From Planctomycetota bacterium (GTDB lineage: Bacteria; Planctomycetota; SZUA-567; H5-PLA8), in the NCBI GenBank assembly GCA_045863855.1, contig BTVV01000033.1, forward strand, positions 1-56,671: a stretch of 56,671 nucleotides of DNA, read 5' to 3'. Of this stretch, positions 28,451 to 36,943 are shown in pieces. The notes beneath the pieces are model-generated. The model was not told where the DNA came from. It ran no database searches and saw only the letters and a program-made list of their open reading frames with translations. A program made the translations under genes and the position numbers. Every line of letters starts with the position of its first letter. Within the stretch, counting starts at the first letter, position 1.

Positions 28451-28813
28451 CTACGGACCGGTGCTGGCGGTCACCGCCTCAGGCAGCGCATCGGCGGCGG
28501 TTTCGGCGGCGGCCGAGGCTTCGATCGTGCCGGAATGTTCGAGCTCCAGGCATTCCAGCCGCGCACCTTGCTGCGCCACCAGCACTTTAAAGGTACGAAC
28601 CTCTTCGCGCAGTTGCATCAACTCCGCGTGTTCCGCCGACGCCGTTGCCGAAGGCGCCGCAGCCGCTTGCGCAGGTACCGACATCGCCTTGCGCAGCGCC
28701 AGTGCGCCGAACATCAGGCTTCCGATCGCCAGTACGCCCGTCAGAAAAAGGCCCGTCGAAAGCCAGAAGACATCTTCGGATCCCACGCGCGCTTGTTTGG
28801 GCTTGGCCATCAT
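28451..28813 (-). CDS. Small single-TM coiled-coil hypothetical protein (paralog B)
   Basis: 120 aa, TM VFWLSTGLFLTGVLAIGSLMFGALAL, Ala/Pro linker, coiled coil. GGAGG RBS. Confidence 0.7.
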   Translation of the reverse strand: MMAKPKQARVGSEDVFWLSTGLFLTGVLAIGSLMFGALALRKAMSVPAQAAAAPSATASAEHAELMQLREEVRTFKVLVAQQGARLECLELEHSGTIEASAAAETAADALPEAVTASTGP

Positions 28814-28870
28814 CGTTCGTCCTCCGTTCCCGCAACCGTTCCGTCGCGATCGCTTCTCGGAAATACGAAC

Positions 28871-28887
28871 CGCGAAGCCCGTGCCAT
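28871..28887 (-). promoter_or_regulatory. Putative sigma54 (-24/-12) promoter
   Basis: Minus strand TGGCACG-GGCT-TCGC, one mismatch from TGGCACG-N4-TTGC, about 60 nt upstream of the 28813 start. Confidence 0.6.
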
Positions 28888-28921
28888 AGGGGCCCCGCTT
28901 GCCTGCGCTTGCCGCCGTTCG

Positions 28922-30874
28922 TTACTTTGTGGCGGGTTTCGCTTCCCAGCGCAGCGCGCCGTCCGCATCGGGCAGCCCGCGCAAGCGCTCCCAACGCCCT
29001 TGGGTGTCGAGCAGTTCAACACCGAAGCCGCGCGGCTCGTTGTGGAATCGAACGAACGTCCGATCAGCCAACGCTTCATGCGCTGGATCGAACGCTCGCA
29101 AGACGTGGACCCAGCGCAGCGTTTTGCGCGGCTCGGGCAGACTTACGCGCAGTTGGCGGTAGCTCTCGCCCGCGATCTCCCGCGCGCTCGTCGCCGGCCG
29201 CACCTCGGCCTCCGTCCGCGCATCGCCCGGCCACGACGCCAGCAGCACGCTCCGCCGGGCCGACGCGATCCGCCCGCAAGCCTGCTCGCTCGCCGCGGCC
29301 GGCAGGACCTGCGCTTCCTGAAAGGTCGTGAAGCGCGCCGCGAACGCCGCCGCCTCGCAGCTCTCCGCCTCGTCGACGACCACCACCGCGCAATCGCGCC
29401 AGACCAGGAAATGCCGGCGGTACGTCCGCAGAATGGGGCCGTACAGCGGCGGAAGCTCCAGCGTGATCGCCGCCCACGCCTCTTCAGGGCCCGTCTGGAA
29501 ACCCGCCATCCGGCTCGCCGCGCGCAGCACCTGCTCGCCGCCGTTCACCTCCAGGCAGTTGTGCTGCAGGCTGCTCTTGTCGCCGTAGTTCATATCCGTC
29601 ACCAGCGGCTCGCCGTCGTACGCCAGTTCGAACGATCCCATATCGAACTGCAGGTGATTGCGTCCCGTGTCGATGCCCAGCGCGCAAACATGCAGCCGCT
29701 CGCCGCGCCACGCGAAGATCCCCGTATCGCGGTAATGCTTGGCCTTCGGCAGAGCCGGCGCCGTCCGGTCCACCGGTACGGTCGGCCGGAAGAGCAGGTT
29801 ATCGAAGGTCCAGAAGCTGTAGTCGTGCGTCGAACTCTGCACGCCTTCGGGGCCGCCCGGTTTCGTGTCCGTGGGCGTCGCGTCCCACAGCCGCACCAGA
29901 TCGCCGTCTTCGGGATGCAGCCCCATCAGCACCGCGACGAAGGGGCGCGTCCAGCCAGGGGACGAGTCGCGGAAGCGGAACTGCCGCTTCGTTCCGCCGG
30001 CGTCGGTCCACTTGAGGTGCGCGCAGTAGCGGCCGACGTTCTTGAAGCGCTCGCCCCAGCCGTAGTCGTAGCCCAGCGTCCGGCGCGCCGCCGCCACCAG
30101 CACGCCGCCGTAACGCATCGCGTAATCCGTGTACATCAGCCCTTCGTCCCAATCGCCGTCGCGCCCGATCGCGTTCACGAAGCGCGGGAAGAGCCACACC
30201 GCCGACTTCCAAGCCTCCCGCGCTTCAGGCAGTTCGCCCAGCAGCGCCAGCGCCAGCACCCCGCAGCCGCCGTTGATCACCGCGCCCCAGTTCATGTACT
30301 CCCGCACGCCCCATTCGCCGCGGCGCATCGCGGCGATCAGGTACGGCTTGAAGACGCGCTCGCGCGCCAACTCACGGATGAACGCGCGCTGCGTCTCGTC
30401 GAGCCCCTCGTACAGCCAGTCGTAGGCCGCCGCGAGCGCCTGGGCGCGCTCCCCCAACCCCAAATCCGCGAAGTGGATCGCGTTCGCCGGATCGTTCAAG
30501 CGCGAGCGATACGACTCGCTCAGCCATTCCGTCCGGTCCGCGGCCTCGATCTCGCGCATGCTGCGTTCGAGAAATTTCCGCTCGCCCGTCACCGCGAACA
30601 TGAACGCCGAGCGCATCACGATCGCATGAAAGCCGCGCGGACCGTTGTCCGGCTGGCCGCCCCCTTGCCGCGGGCGCGGCTGGCCCACCGTCGGAAACGT
30701 GAGGTCGTGCTCCGCCTGCCGCTTCAGAACCAGAAAGCTGTCCGCGAAGCCCGGATGCCGCATCCGCTCCGCCAGCCCCTCGCGTTCGGCGCGCGAGAAG
30801 AACAAGTACGGATGCGCCAGGCGCTTCAGGAAACTCTCGGGATAGCCGGTCAACGTTTCTTCAGGCGCGTCCAT
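28922..30874 (-). CDS. Heparinase II/III-like (alpha/alpha barrel plus beta-sandwich) polysaccharide lyase-like protein (650 aa)
   Basis: HPYLFF, AAAYDWLY, NWGAVINGG, DGDWDEG..Y..Y, H.QFDMGSF, HNCLEVNG.EQ. Start ATG at 30874 after GGAG; the longer N-terminus in the ORF track overlaps lacI and is not accepted. Confidence 0.75.
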   Translation of the reverse strand: MDAPEETLTGYPESFLKRLAHPYLFFSRAEREGLAERMRHPGFADSFLVLKRQAEHDLTFPTVGQPRPRQGGGQPDNGPRGFHAIVMRSAFMFAVTGERKFLERSMREIEAADRTEWLSESYRSRLNDPANAIHFADLGLGERAQALAAAYDWLYEGLDETQRAFIRELARERVFKPYLIAAMRRGEWGVREYMNWGAVINGGCGVLALALLGELPEAREAWKSAVWLFPRFVNAIGRDGDWDEGLMYTDYAMRYGGVLVAAARRTLGYDYGWGERFKNVGRYCAHLKWTDAGGTKRQFRFRDSSPGWTRPFVAVLMGLHPEDGDLVRLWDATPTDTKPGGPEGVQSSTHDYSFWTFDNLLFRPTVPVDRTAPALPKAKHYRDTGIFAWRGERLHVCALGIDTGRNHLQFDMGSFELAYDGEPLVTDMNYGDKSSLQHNCLEVNGGEQVLRAASRMAGFQTGPEEAWAAITLELPPLYGPILRTYRRHFLVWRDCAVVVVDEAESCEAAAFAARFTTFQEAQVLPAAASEQACGRIASARRSVLLASWPGDARTEAEVRPATSAREIAGESYRQLRVSLPEPRKTLRWVHVLRAFDPAHEALADRTFVRFHNEPRGFGVELLDTQGRWERLRGLPDADGALRWEAKPATK

Positions 30875-31020
30875 GCCAAGCTCCAGGGGTTGAGCATTCA
30901 GGGTTCCTGGATTCACATGTCCGATGCGCGGCTGCGCTGTCAAACCCGATTGCAAGCAAATACGAGCAAACACGGGAGCCCAACGCTCTTGCGTTTGCTT
31001 ACATTCCTGAAAATTTCGGA

Positions 31021-32040
31021 TTACAGCGCTTCGGCAGGCGGCGCCTCCGCCGCCCGGAACAACGGCGCGACCTTTACCGTGAGCGGTTCGCGCGGACCCA
31101 GCCCCGCGATGCGGTCCAGCAGCAGCTTCAGGGCCTGCCGGCCCATTGTATCGATCGCCAGGTCCACCCGGTCGAAGCAGGGATAGATCTCGGGGTCCAG
31201 CATCGAGTCCCCGAAGTGAGCGAACGCCACGTCCGCGCCGCCGCGCTCGCGCCACGCGCGCACGAACGGCCCGCTCAGCCAGTCGTTCCCGATCAGAATG
31301 CCGTCCAGCGCCGTGCCACGCGACAAAAGCTCCGCCGCCGCTCGAGCCCCCGAACCCAGCGAGAAGTTGCCCGCCACCATCCGGTTCGCGTCGAACGGCA
31401 ACCCCGCTTCGTCCAGCGCCATGCGGAATCCTTGCAGCTTCTCTTTGCTGTTCCAGTCGTCGGGCATGCACTGCACCAGCGCCAACGTCCGGCAACCGCG
31501 TTCGATCAGCCGCCGCGCCAGCCGGTACGCGCCATCCACGTTGTCCGGAACCACCGCGTCCAGCGTCCCCGGCGCGAGGTTGTAGTAACCCAGCAAGACC
31601 TTCGGTAGCGCCACGTCGCGCAAAGCGTCGATCAACTCACGCGTCGGATCGACGATCAATCCGTCCAGCCGCGCATCGGTCAAACTCGCGCGAACTCGGG
31701 CCGCCGCCTCCGCGCGATCGCCGCCGTACGGCACGTCCGCCACCTTCAGGAGTACTTCGTGGCGCACCGCCCCCGCCGCCTCGGCCAGCCCGCGGAACGA
31801 ACCCGAATGAAACCAGCCCAGGTGATGCCCCAACCCGCAGTACCCGATCCGCACGAACGGCGCCGGACGCGGCGGCGGCTCGGTCTCTTCGTGAAAGCGC
31901 CGCACCCCGACCCCATGCTTGTACGAAAGCGCCAGGATCTTCTCGCGCAGTTCCGGCGAGAGGCGGCCCTTTCCGCGCAGCGCCATCGAGATCGTCGCGG
32001 TCGAAACGCCCAGCAAGCGAGCCAGTTCCTTCTGTTCCAT
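31021..32040 (-). CDS. LacI-family transcriptional regulator
   Basis: HTH QKELARLLGVSTATISMALRGKGRLS and a sugar-binding domain (LDGLI, DNVDGA, GFRMAL, GND). Confidence 0.9.
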   Translation of the reverse strand: MEQKELARLLGVSTATISMALRGKGRLSPELREKILALSYKHGVGVRRFHEETEPPPRPAPFVRIGYCGLGHHLGWFHSGSFRGLAEAAGAVRHEVLLKVADVPYGGDRAEAAARVRASLTDARLDGLIVDPTRELIDALRDVALPKVLLGYYNLAPGTLDAVVPDNVDGAYRLARRLIERGCRTLALVQCMPDDWNSKEKLQGFRMALDEAGLPFDANRMVAGNFSLGSGARAAAELLSRGTALDGILIGNDWLSGPFVRAWRERGGADVAFAHFGDSMLDPEIYPCFDRVDLAIDTMGRQALKLLLDRIAGLGPREPLTVKVAPLFRAAEAPPAEAL

Positions 32041-32254
32041 AGGATCGCGCCGTGCCTCCGCCGAACGGTAAACTCAGCCCACGAGTATACCACTCGCCCG
32101 CGGCGATCTGAATGCTAAACCTATATGAGCTTTCGAGTAATCCGAAGAGCGACGATGTTCGGCGAACGGCGATCGGTGAATCCACGCGCAAGGGTTGCCA
32201 AATTCGACGGCTTTACCTCATTGCACGGCCCAACCCCCACCAGCCTGCGCTACC

Positions 32255-34060
32255 TTAAGGAACCTCCCCGCGCAGCGCCTTGCGCGCCTCGGCCACCAGC
32301 GCCGCATCCTTCAGCGCCGCTTTCGCCAGGCACTCCTCGGCCTGATCGAGCTTACCGTCTCCCGCCAGATACACGCCCGCCAATACCAACGCAGCAGGAT
32401 CGTCCCCCACCGCCTCGACCAACCCTCGCGCAAGCTGCGCCCGCTCCGTCACCGTTAAATTCTTCCAAGACACCGGCATCTTGTTTCCTTGCACCAGCAC
32501 CTGAACTTCCGTTGCGCTCACCGACGCGAGTTTGTACCGCTTCGGCGTGTCCTTCTCGCCAAAGAGCCGCAAGTACGTATGCACGCTCGCGCCGTCTTTC
32601 AACGCCTCCTGCGCACGCGCCTGCAACTTCCCGTCCCAAGCCGCCAGCGCCGCAGCTTCGATCAACGGCTTCGCTTCCACCGGCGCCGGCTTCACTTCCG
32701 GCGCCGCCGCCGTGGGTTCCGCCGGAGCCTTCGCGTTCGTGCCCGCCGCCTGCGCCGGACCGAACATCTTGAACGGCTGCTTGTAGTAATCGCCCACGCG
32801 CAGGCGCATGTATCCACCGTCGTCGTCGGCGTACTTCGATTCGTGGCCTAAGTTCCCCGCGATCGGCGGTGGGTTGGTAATCCCATCCTTCTTGTTGTCG
32901 TGCACGTGCGTCTGAAAGCCTTGGCCCGCGTTAAAAATAAAACCCGCACACCCGGCCGCGGCGAAGCGCGAGATCGTCGGGTTTTGCGGATAGCCCTCCA
33001 GGATCGACTGCGCGATCCCGTCGCAGTAATGCCCGTCGGTCTGGTTGCAGGTGCGGAAGTACGTGTTCCCCACTGCCACCTGCCACATCCAAACGTACAG
33101 CCCCGTGCCTTTATGCAGTTCGTCGATCCACTTCAGCATCGCGTCGTACGACTGGAAGCGCGTCACGAAATCGGCCTCGGTGTACGGCGGGTTCTTGCCT
33201 TGGTTGCAGCCCAGATCGCGGTCGCCGAACTCCAGCACCGCGCCGTCCCAGCGGTCCACGCCACAGGCCTTAAAGTATTGCACCCACTTCGAGCCTGCCA
33301 TCGGACCCTTCCACGCCCACGCCGAAGGATTCGCCACCAGCAGCACGTTATGCGGCGCGTATTGGTTGCGCAGCCGCACCCACGCCTGCGCATATCCCAC
33401 CAAATTGTCCGGCAATCCTTTCAACTCCTCGAGCCCCGTGCTGCCCACCTTCACGTCCACGCCCAGCGGGTCCAGCGTCTCGCCTTTCCCCGCCGAGAGC
33501 AGCAGATGCCCCCACTCGTCGGGCTCCACCTGAACCACGATCGGCGTCGGCTTGTACTTGTCGCACGACTGCATCAGCACGCGCACCTGATCCCAATAGC
33601 TGCGCATCGTCTCGGTAATCTTCGCGTTCGCCGGACACGATTGCGCCGGACCGGGCTTATAGTCGTGCGGGTTCGACTGCGCGAGGTTGTAGTACGTGAT
33701 CCAGGGTACGTAGCCGGCTTCGATCGAGCCCTTGATGAAATTCTCGCCCCATACCCCCCGGCGCTTGTCCGGATTGACCCACTTGTTCCACGGATTCAGG
33801 AAGACCGTGTCCCACGTCTGTTCTTTCGCGGCTCCGCCGCTGAAGTACTGCTGCCGGAACTTCCAACGCGCGCCGTTCTGGTCCCGCGTTTCGTTCATCC
33901 ATTCGACCGGCGCGCAGATGCCGATATGAAACGAGTCCAGCAAGCCGCGCAGCAACTGCTTGCGTGTCTCCGCGCCCGGATCCGCGGGTTCCCCCGCCGC
34001 CGCGCACGCCGCTCCCAGCCACACCACGCTCGCCAGCACCGCCAGGGGTCGGAATCTCAT
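32255..34060 (-). CDS. Secreted putative glycoside hydrolase-like protein with Pro/Ala linker and C-terminal helical domain (601 aa)
   Basis: Signal peptide, a Trp/Tyr-rich region (FRQQYFSGG, WITYY, VQVEPDEWG, LEFGDRD, WMWQV), P/A/E linker, C-terminal domain. The family is inferred, not established. Confidence 0.55.
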   Translation of the reverse strand: MRFRPLAVLASVVWLGAACAAAGEPADPGAETRKQLLRGLLDSFHIGICAPVEWMNETRDQNGARWKFRQQYFSGGAAKEQTWDTVFLNPWNKWVNPDKRRGVWGENFIKGSIEAGYVPWITYYNLAQSNPHDYKPGPAQSCPANAKITETMRSYWDQVRVLMQSCDKYKPTPIVVQVEPDEWGHLLLSAGKGETLDPLGVDVKVGSTGLEELKGLPDNLVGYAQAWVRLRNQYAPHNVLLVANPSAWAWKGPMAGSKWVQYFKACGVDRWDGAVLEFGDRDLGCNQGKNPPYTEADFVTRFQSYDAMLKWIDELHKGTGLYVWMWQVAVGNTYFRTCNQTDGHYCDGIAQSILEGYPQNPTISRFAAAGCAGFIFNAGQGFQTHVHDNKKDGITNPPPIAGNLGHESKYADDDGGYMRLRVGDYYKQPFKMFGPAQAAGTNAKAPAEPTAAAPEVKPAPVEAKPLIEAAALAAWDGKLQARAQEALKDGASVHTYLRLFGEKDTPKRYKLASVSATEVQVLVQGNKMPVSWKNLTVTERAQLARGLVEAVGDDPAALVLAGVYLAGDGKLDQAEECLAKAALKDAALVAEARKALRGEVP

Positions 34061-34295
34061 ACGGCCTCCAAGTCGCCCGTGTCCGTTCGTTCCAAGAAGG
34101 TTAACGTGCCCGGGCCGCGCGGGCGTTCAACCTTTCGGCTAATTACCGCGCGCCAGATTACCCATGCTTTTTAGGAGCCAAAGCCTGGATACCCAAGCCT
34201 TTTCCGCTGCTTACCCAAGAGAACTTCCGTATCAATAAACGCATCTTCCGCAGGCCAGCGATTCACACGCCGGCTTACCAAAGTTTGCGAAGGGC

Positions 34296-36416
34296 TCACG
34301 CCAAGCCGCTGAAGGTCGGCGACCAGCCGTCGGCCTTCGCGCCAAGCAGACCCACGTCCTCCGCCGGCGCGAGGAACTCCACCTTCAGTTCCTCCGCGCT
34401 CAACGGACGGCCGCGCGGCCCCAGCGGGCGGTCGAAGTACACCGGCCTCGGGCGCAGCGCCGCCAGCAGATCCACCGTATCGGCGACACGCAGAAGCCCC
34501 CACGCGCCCGTCTCGAAGTTCACCCGCTCGGTGTCGTAAAAGCGCTCTTCGGCCGCCGCGCGAAGACCGATCGGCGCAGACTCCAGCCGCAGCGAAGCGA
34601 AGCCCGGTTCCAGCGCCGCCGCGTACAATGCGAACGCCGCACCGTTGCCCACGCCCGAGAGACCGATCGTCCCCGCGTCCGTCCGCGTGCTCAGATAATC
34701 GTACGCGCGCAACACGTCGAAGACCCGCAGCCCCAGCGTCGAGGTGCGCAGCTTCATCGCGTCGGCGCCGAGCTTGAACTCGGTCCCGTGCGCTTCGATA
34801 TGCAGCCGGCCCGCTCCGCGCGTCGCCACCGCCCCGACCGCGCGCACGTCCAGCACGAAGACGCGCTTGCCCTGCTCCAGCAGCGCCACCGCCCGCGCGC
34901 GCTCCTGCCCCAGCGTTTCCGTGCCGTTCGGCAGCAGCAGCACCTCCGTCCCCGTCGCCTCCGGCTTGCGTGGATGCAGCAGGATCGCCGCCGCCGTCAC
35001 ATCCGGCTCGCTGAAATAAAAGATCTTCTCCGCCTTGTAGCCGCTCACCGTCGGCTCGGCGATGATCCGCGGATAAATCGTCCGCGCGCGCGGCGCGCCC
35101 TTCCACTGCGCTTCGCCCTCGGGCTGGCCCTCGCCGATCCCCAGCACCGTCGCCAGCTCCGCGCGCAGCGTCTCCGCATTCTGCAGCCGCGGCGAAAGCG
35201 GCAACTGAAGTTGGATCTCCTTGCGCAGCAGCGCGCTCACCGTTCGGCAATCGGGGATGCTGCGCAGCACCTGCCCGCGCTCCGTAACCCATAGCGCTTC
35301 TGGCGGCAGCGTCTCGGGCTCCTCCGTCTTGAAGCTTTCCGCCTCACCGCGCAGCGTCCGGCGGAAAAAGTTCACCGCCGCTTCGCGCAAGACCGTCCCG
35401 TACGTGTGCGTCGTCGGCGCGACTGCGTAATCCAGCGCCTGCTCCGCGCCGTTCGGATAAAGCGCATACATCTTCCGAGCTTTCTCGATCGCGTTCAGCG
35501 CTCCCTCGATCGGAAAGAAATCGTACGCCGCCAGTCCCACCCGCACCGGCTTGGGCGCGAACGCCGTCAGGTAGTCGTCGTGATCTGGCCCGTCCACGAA
35601 ACTCGCGTACAGGTTCTGCTCGCCGTCCTGCGGCTGCCCGGTCTTTAAATAGCTCTCGTAATCCATGATGAACGTGCACGGCATCGCTGCCGCCAGCCGC
35701 GGCTCGGCCATCATCAGGAACGCCGACTGCACCCCGCCGCCGCTGTTCCCCGTCACGCCGATCTTCTGCGCGTCCACTTCGGGGCGCGTGAGCAGATAGT
35801 CGATCCCGCGCATGCCGTCCCAGACGAACTGCCGCGCGATGCTCATCCCCGCCAGGTAATACTGGAAGCCCGCGTACGTATGCTCCGTCGTGCCCCAGTT
35901 AACCCGCTGCTCCCCGCTGCGCTCGTCGATGAACTGGAACCGCTCCCCCTGGCCCAGCGGATCCACCGCCAGCACTACGAATCCGTCTCGCGCCAGCTCG
36001 ATCAACACCTTCTGGTAACCCGGATACGCCTTGGCCACTTCGGCGTGCCCGCACACGAAGAGAATCGCCGGACCCGGCGACGCCCCCTGCCGGCTCTTCG
36101 GAACGTACAGGTTCGCCGTCACCGGGAAGCCCGGCACGCTCTCGTAAAGCACCTTCTCGATCGTGAATGCGCCGCGATCCAGCGTGCCCGTCACCTTCGC
36201 GTTGAGTTTCGTCTTTTCGCTCGGCAGTCCGCCGATCGCTTTCAGGAAGCGTTCGCGCATCCGCCCACGGTACGCCTCGAACGCCGCCACGCTCGTCAGC
36301 GCCGCGCGCTCGTCTTCGCGCCGCCGAAATGCCGCCTCGGCCCGCCGACGGATGTAATGGATGAACTGGTCTTCGACGTCGTAATAGCCGTCAATGCGCG
36401 GGCCGAACTTGAGCAT
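34296..36416 (-). CDS. Two-domain alpha/beta hydrolase (acetylxylan esterase-like)
   Basis: VTANLYVP, CGH, DPLGQGER, WDGMRGIDYL.TRPEVD, nucleophile GNSGGG. The second domain (DVRAVG, DVLRAYDYL, GVGNGA) lacks the nucleophile Ser. Confidence 0.85.
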   Translation of the reverse strand: MLKFGPRIDGYYDVEDQFIHYIRRRAEAAFRRREDERAALTSVAAFEAYRGRMRERFLKAIGGLPSEKTKLNAKVTGTLDRGAFTIEKVLYESVPGFPVTANLYVPKSRQGASPGPAILFVCGHAEVAKAYPGYQKVLIELARDGFVVLAVDPLGQGERFQFIDERSGEQRVNWGTTEHTYAGFQYYLAGMSIARQFVWDGMRGIDYLLTRPEVDAQKIGVTGNSGGGVQSAFLMMAEPRLAAAMPCTFIMDYESYLKTGQPQDGEQNLYASFVDGPDHDDYLTAFAPKPVRVGLAAYDFFPIEGALNAIEKARKMYALYPNGAEQALDYAVAPTTHTYGTVLREAAVNFFRRTLRGEAESFKTEEPETLPPEALWVTERGQVLRSIPDCRTVSALLRKEIQLQLPLSPRLQNAETLRAELATVLGIGEGQPEGEAQWKGAPRARTIYPRIIAEPTVSGYKAEKIFYFSEPDVTAAAILLHPRKPEATGTEVLLLPNGTETLGQERARAVALLEQGKRVFVLDVRAVGAVATRGAGRLHIEAHGTEFKLGADAMKLRTSTLGLRVFDVLRAYDYLSTRTDAGTIGLSGVGNGAAFALYAAALEPGFASLRLESAPIGLRAAAEERFYDTERVNFETGAWGLLRVADTVDLLAALRPRPVYFDRPLGPRGRPLSAEELKVEFLAPAEDVGLLGAKADGWSPTFSGLA

Positions 36417-36496
36417 AAAAAGCGCCTCCCGGGGATCGGGAAGCCGTTATACCCCGCGGACCCTTCGAATAAAGCGCCGCTACCGGGTTGCGCACG

Positions 36497-36943
36497 CTAC
36501 TTCGGCAGTTCCCGGGCCAGGATCCAGGCCCCGCTTTCCGGATGCTGCACGTAATGCCCCGCCGCAGCCGCTGTGCGGTACTGCGCCGCCGCGCCCTGCA
36601 TCACGCGCCTCAACTCGCTCTCCGGAAGCCCGCACGCCTTCAGAATCTCCACGTACAGCGCCCGCCGGTCCGCGTTCTCCGCCGTGACCAGATCCTGGAT
36701 TTCCTTTTTCTTCGACAGTTCCACCTTATCGAGCGTGCGGATCTCCAGCATCCCTTCGCGCCCTTCGCCGGCGAACGCCGCGTCCTTCAGCTTCCCCACC
36801 GCCTCTGACCGGGCGGCCAGCGCCGCGCGCAGCTTCACGATCGCCGGCGTGCTGACATTCAAATCCAGCACCCCATCCGCGCCGGCCGCCGAAAACGACC
36901 CCAGCCACACGCATAACCCCATGATCGCAATCGCGCCGCGCAT
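36497..36943 (-). CDS. YdbL/DUF1318-family protein (148 aa)
   Basis: Signal peptide, K...G.GE...GML, LVTAENADRRALY.EI, A.AG.YVQ..SG.W. TGATG coupling to the upstream gene. Confidence 0.85.
   Translation of the reverse strand: MRGAIAIMGLCVWLGSFSAAGADGVLDLNVSTPAIVKLRAALAARSEAVGKLKDAAFAGEGREGMLEIRTLDKVELSKKKEIQDLVTAENADRRALYVEILKACGLPESELRRVMQGAAAQYRTAAAAGHYVQHPESGAWILARELPK

Noticed and set aside
28535..31495. 883-aa plus-strand ORF and the N-terminal 207 aa of the 857-aa ORF
   Set aside because: The first is an antisense shadow. The second overlaps lacI in another frame, and a better start with an RBS exists at 30874.
32185..32205. TTGGCAACCCTTGC on the minus strand as a sigma54 promoter for lacI
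   Set aside because: The GG-to-GC spacing is 8 nt, not the required 10 nt.
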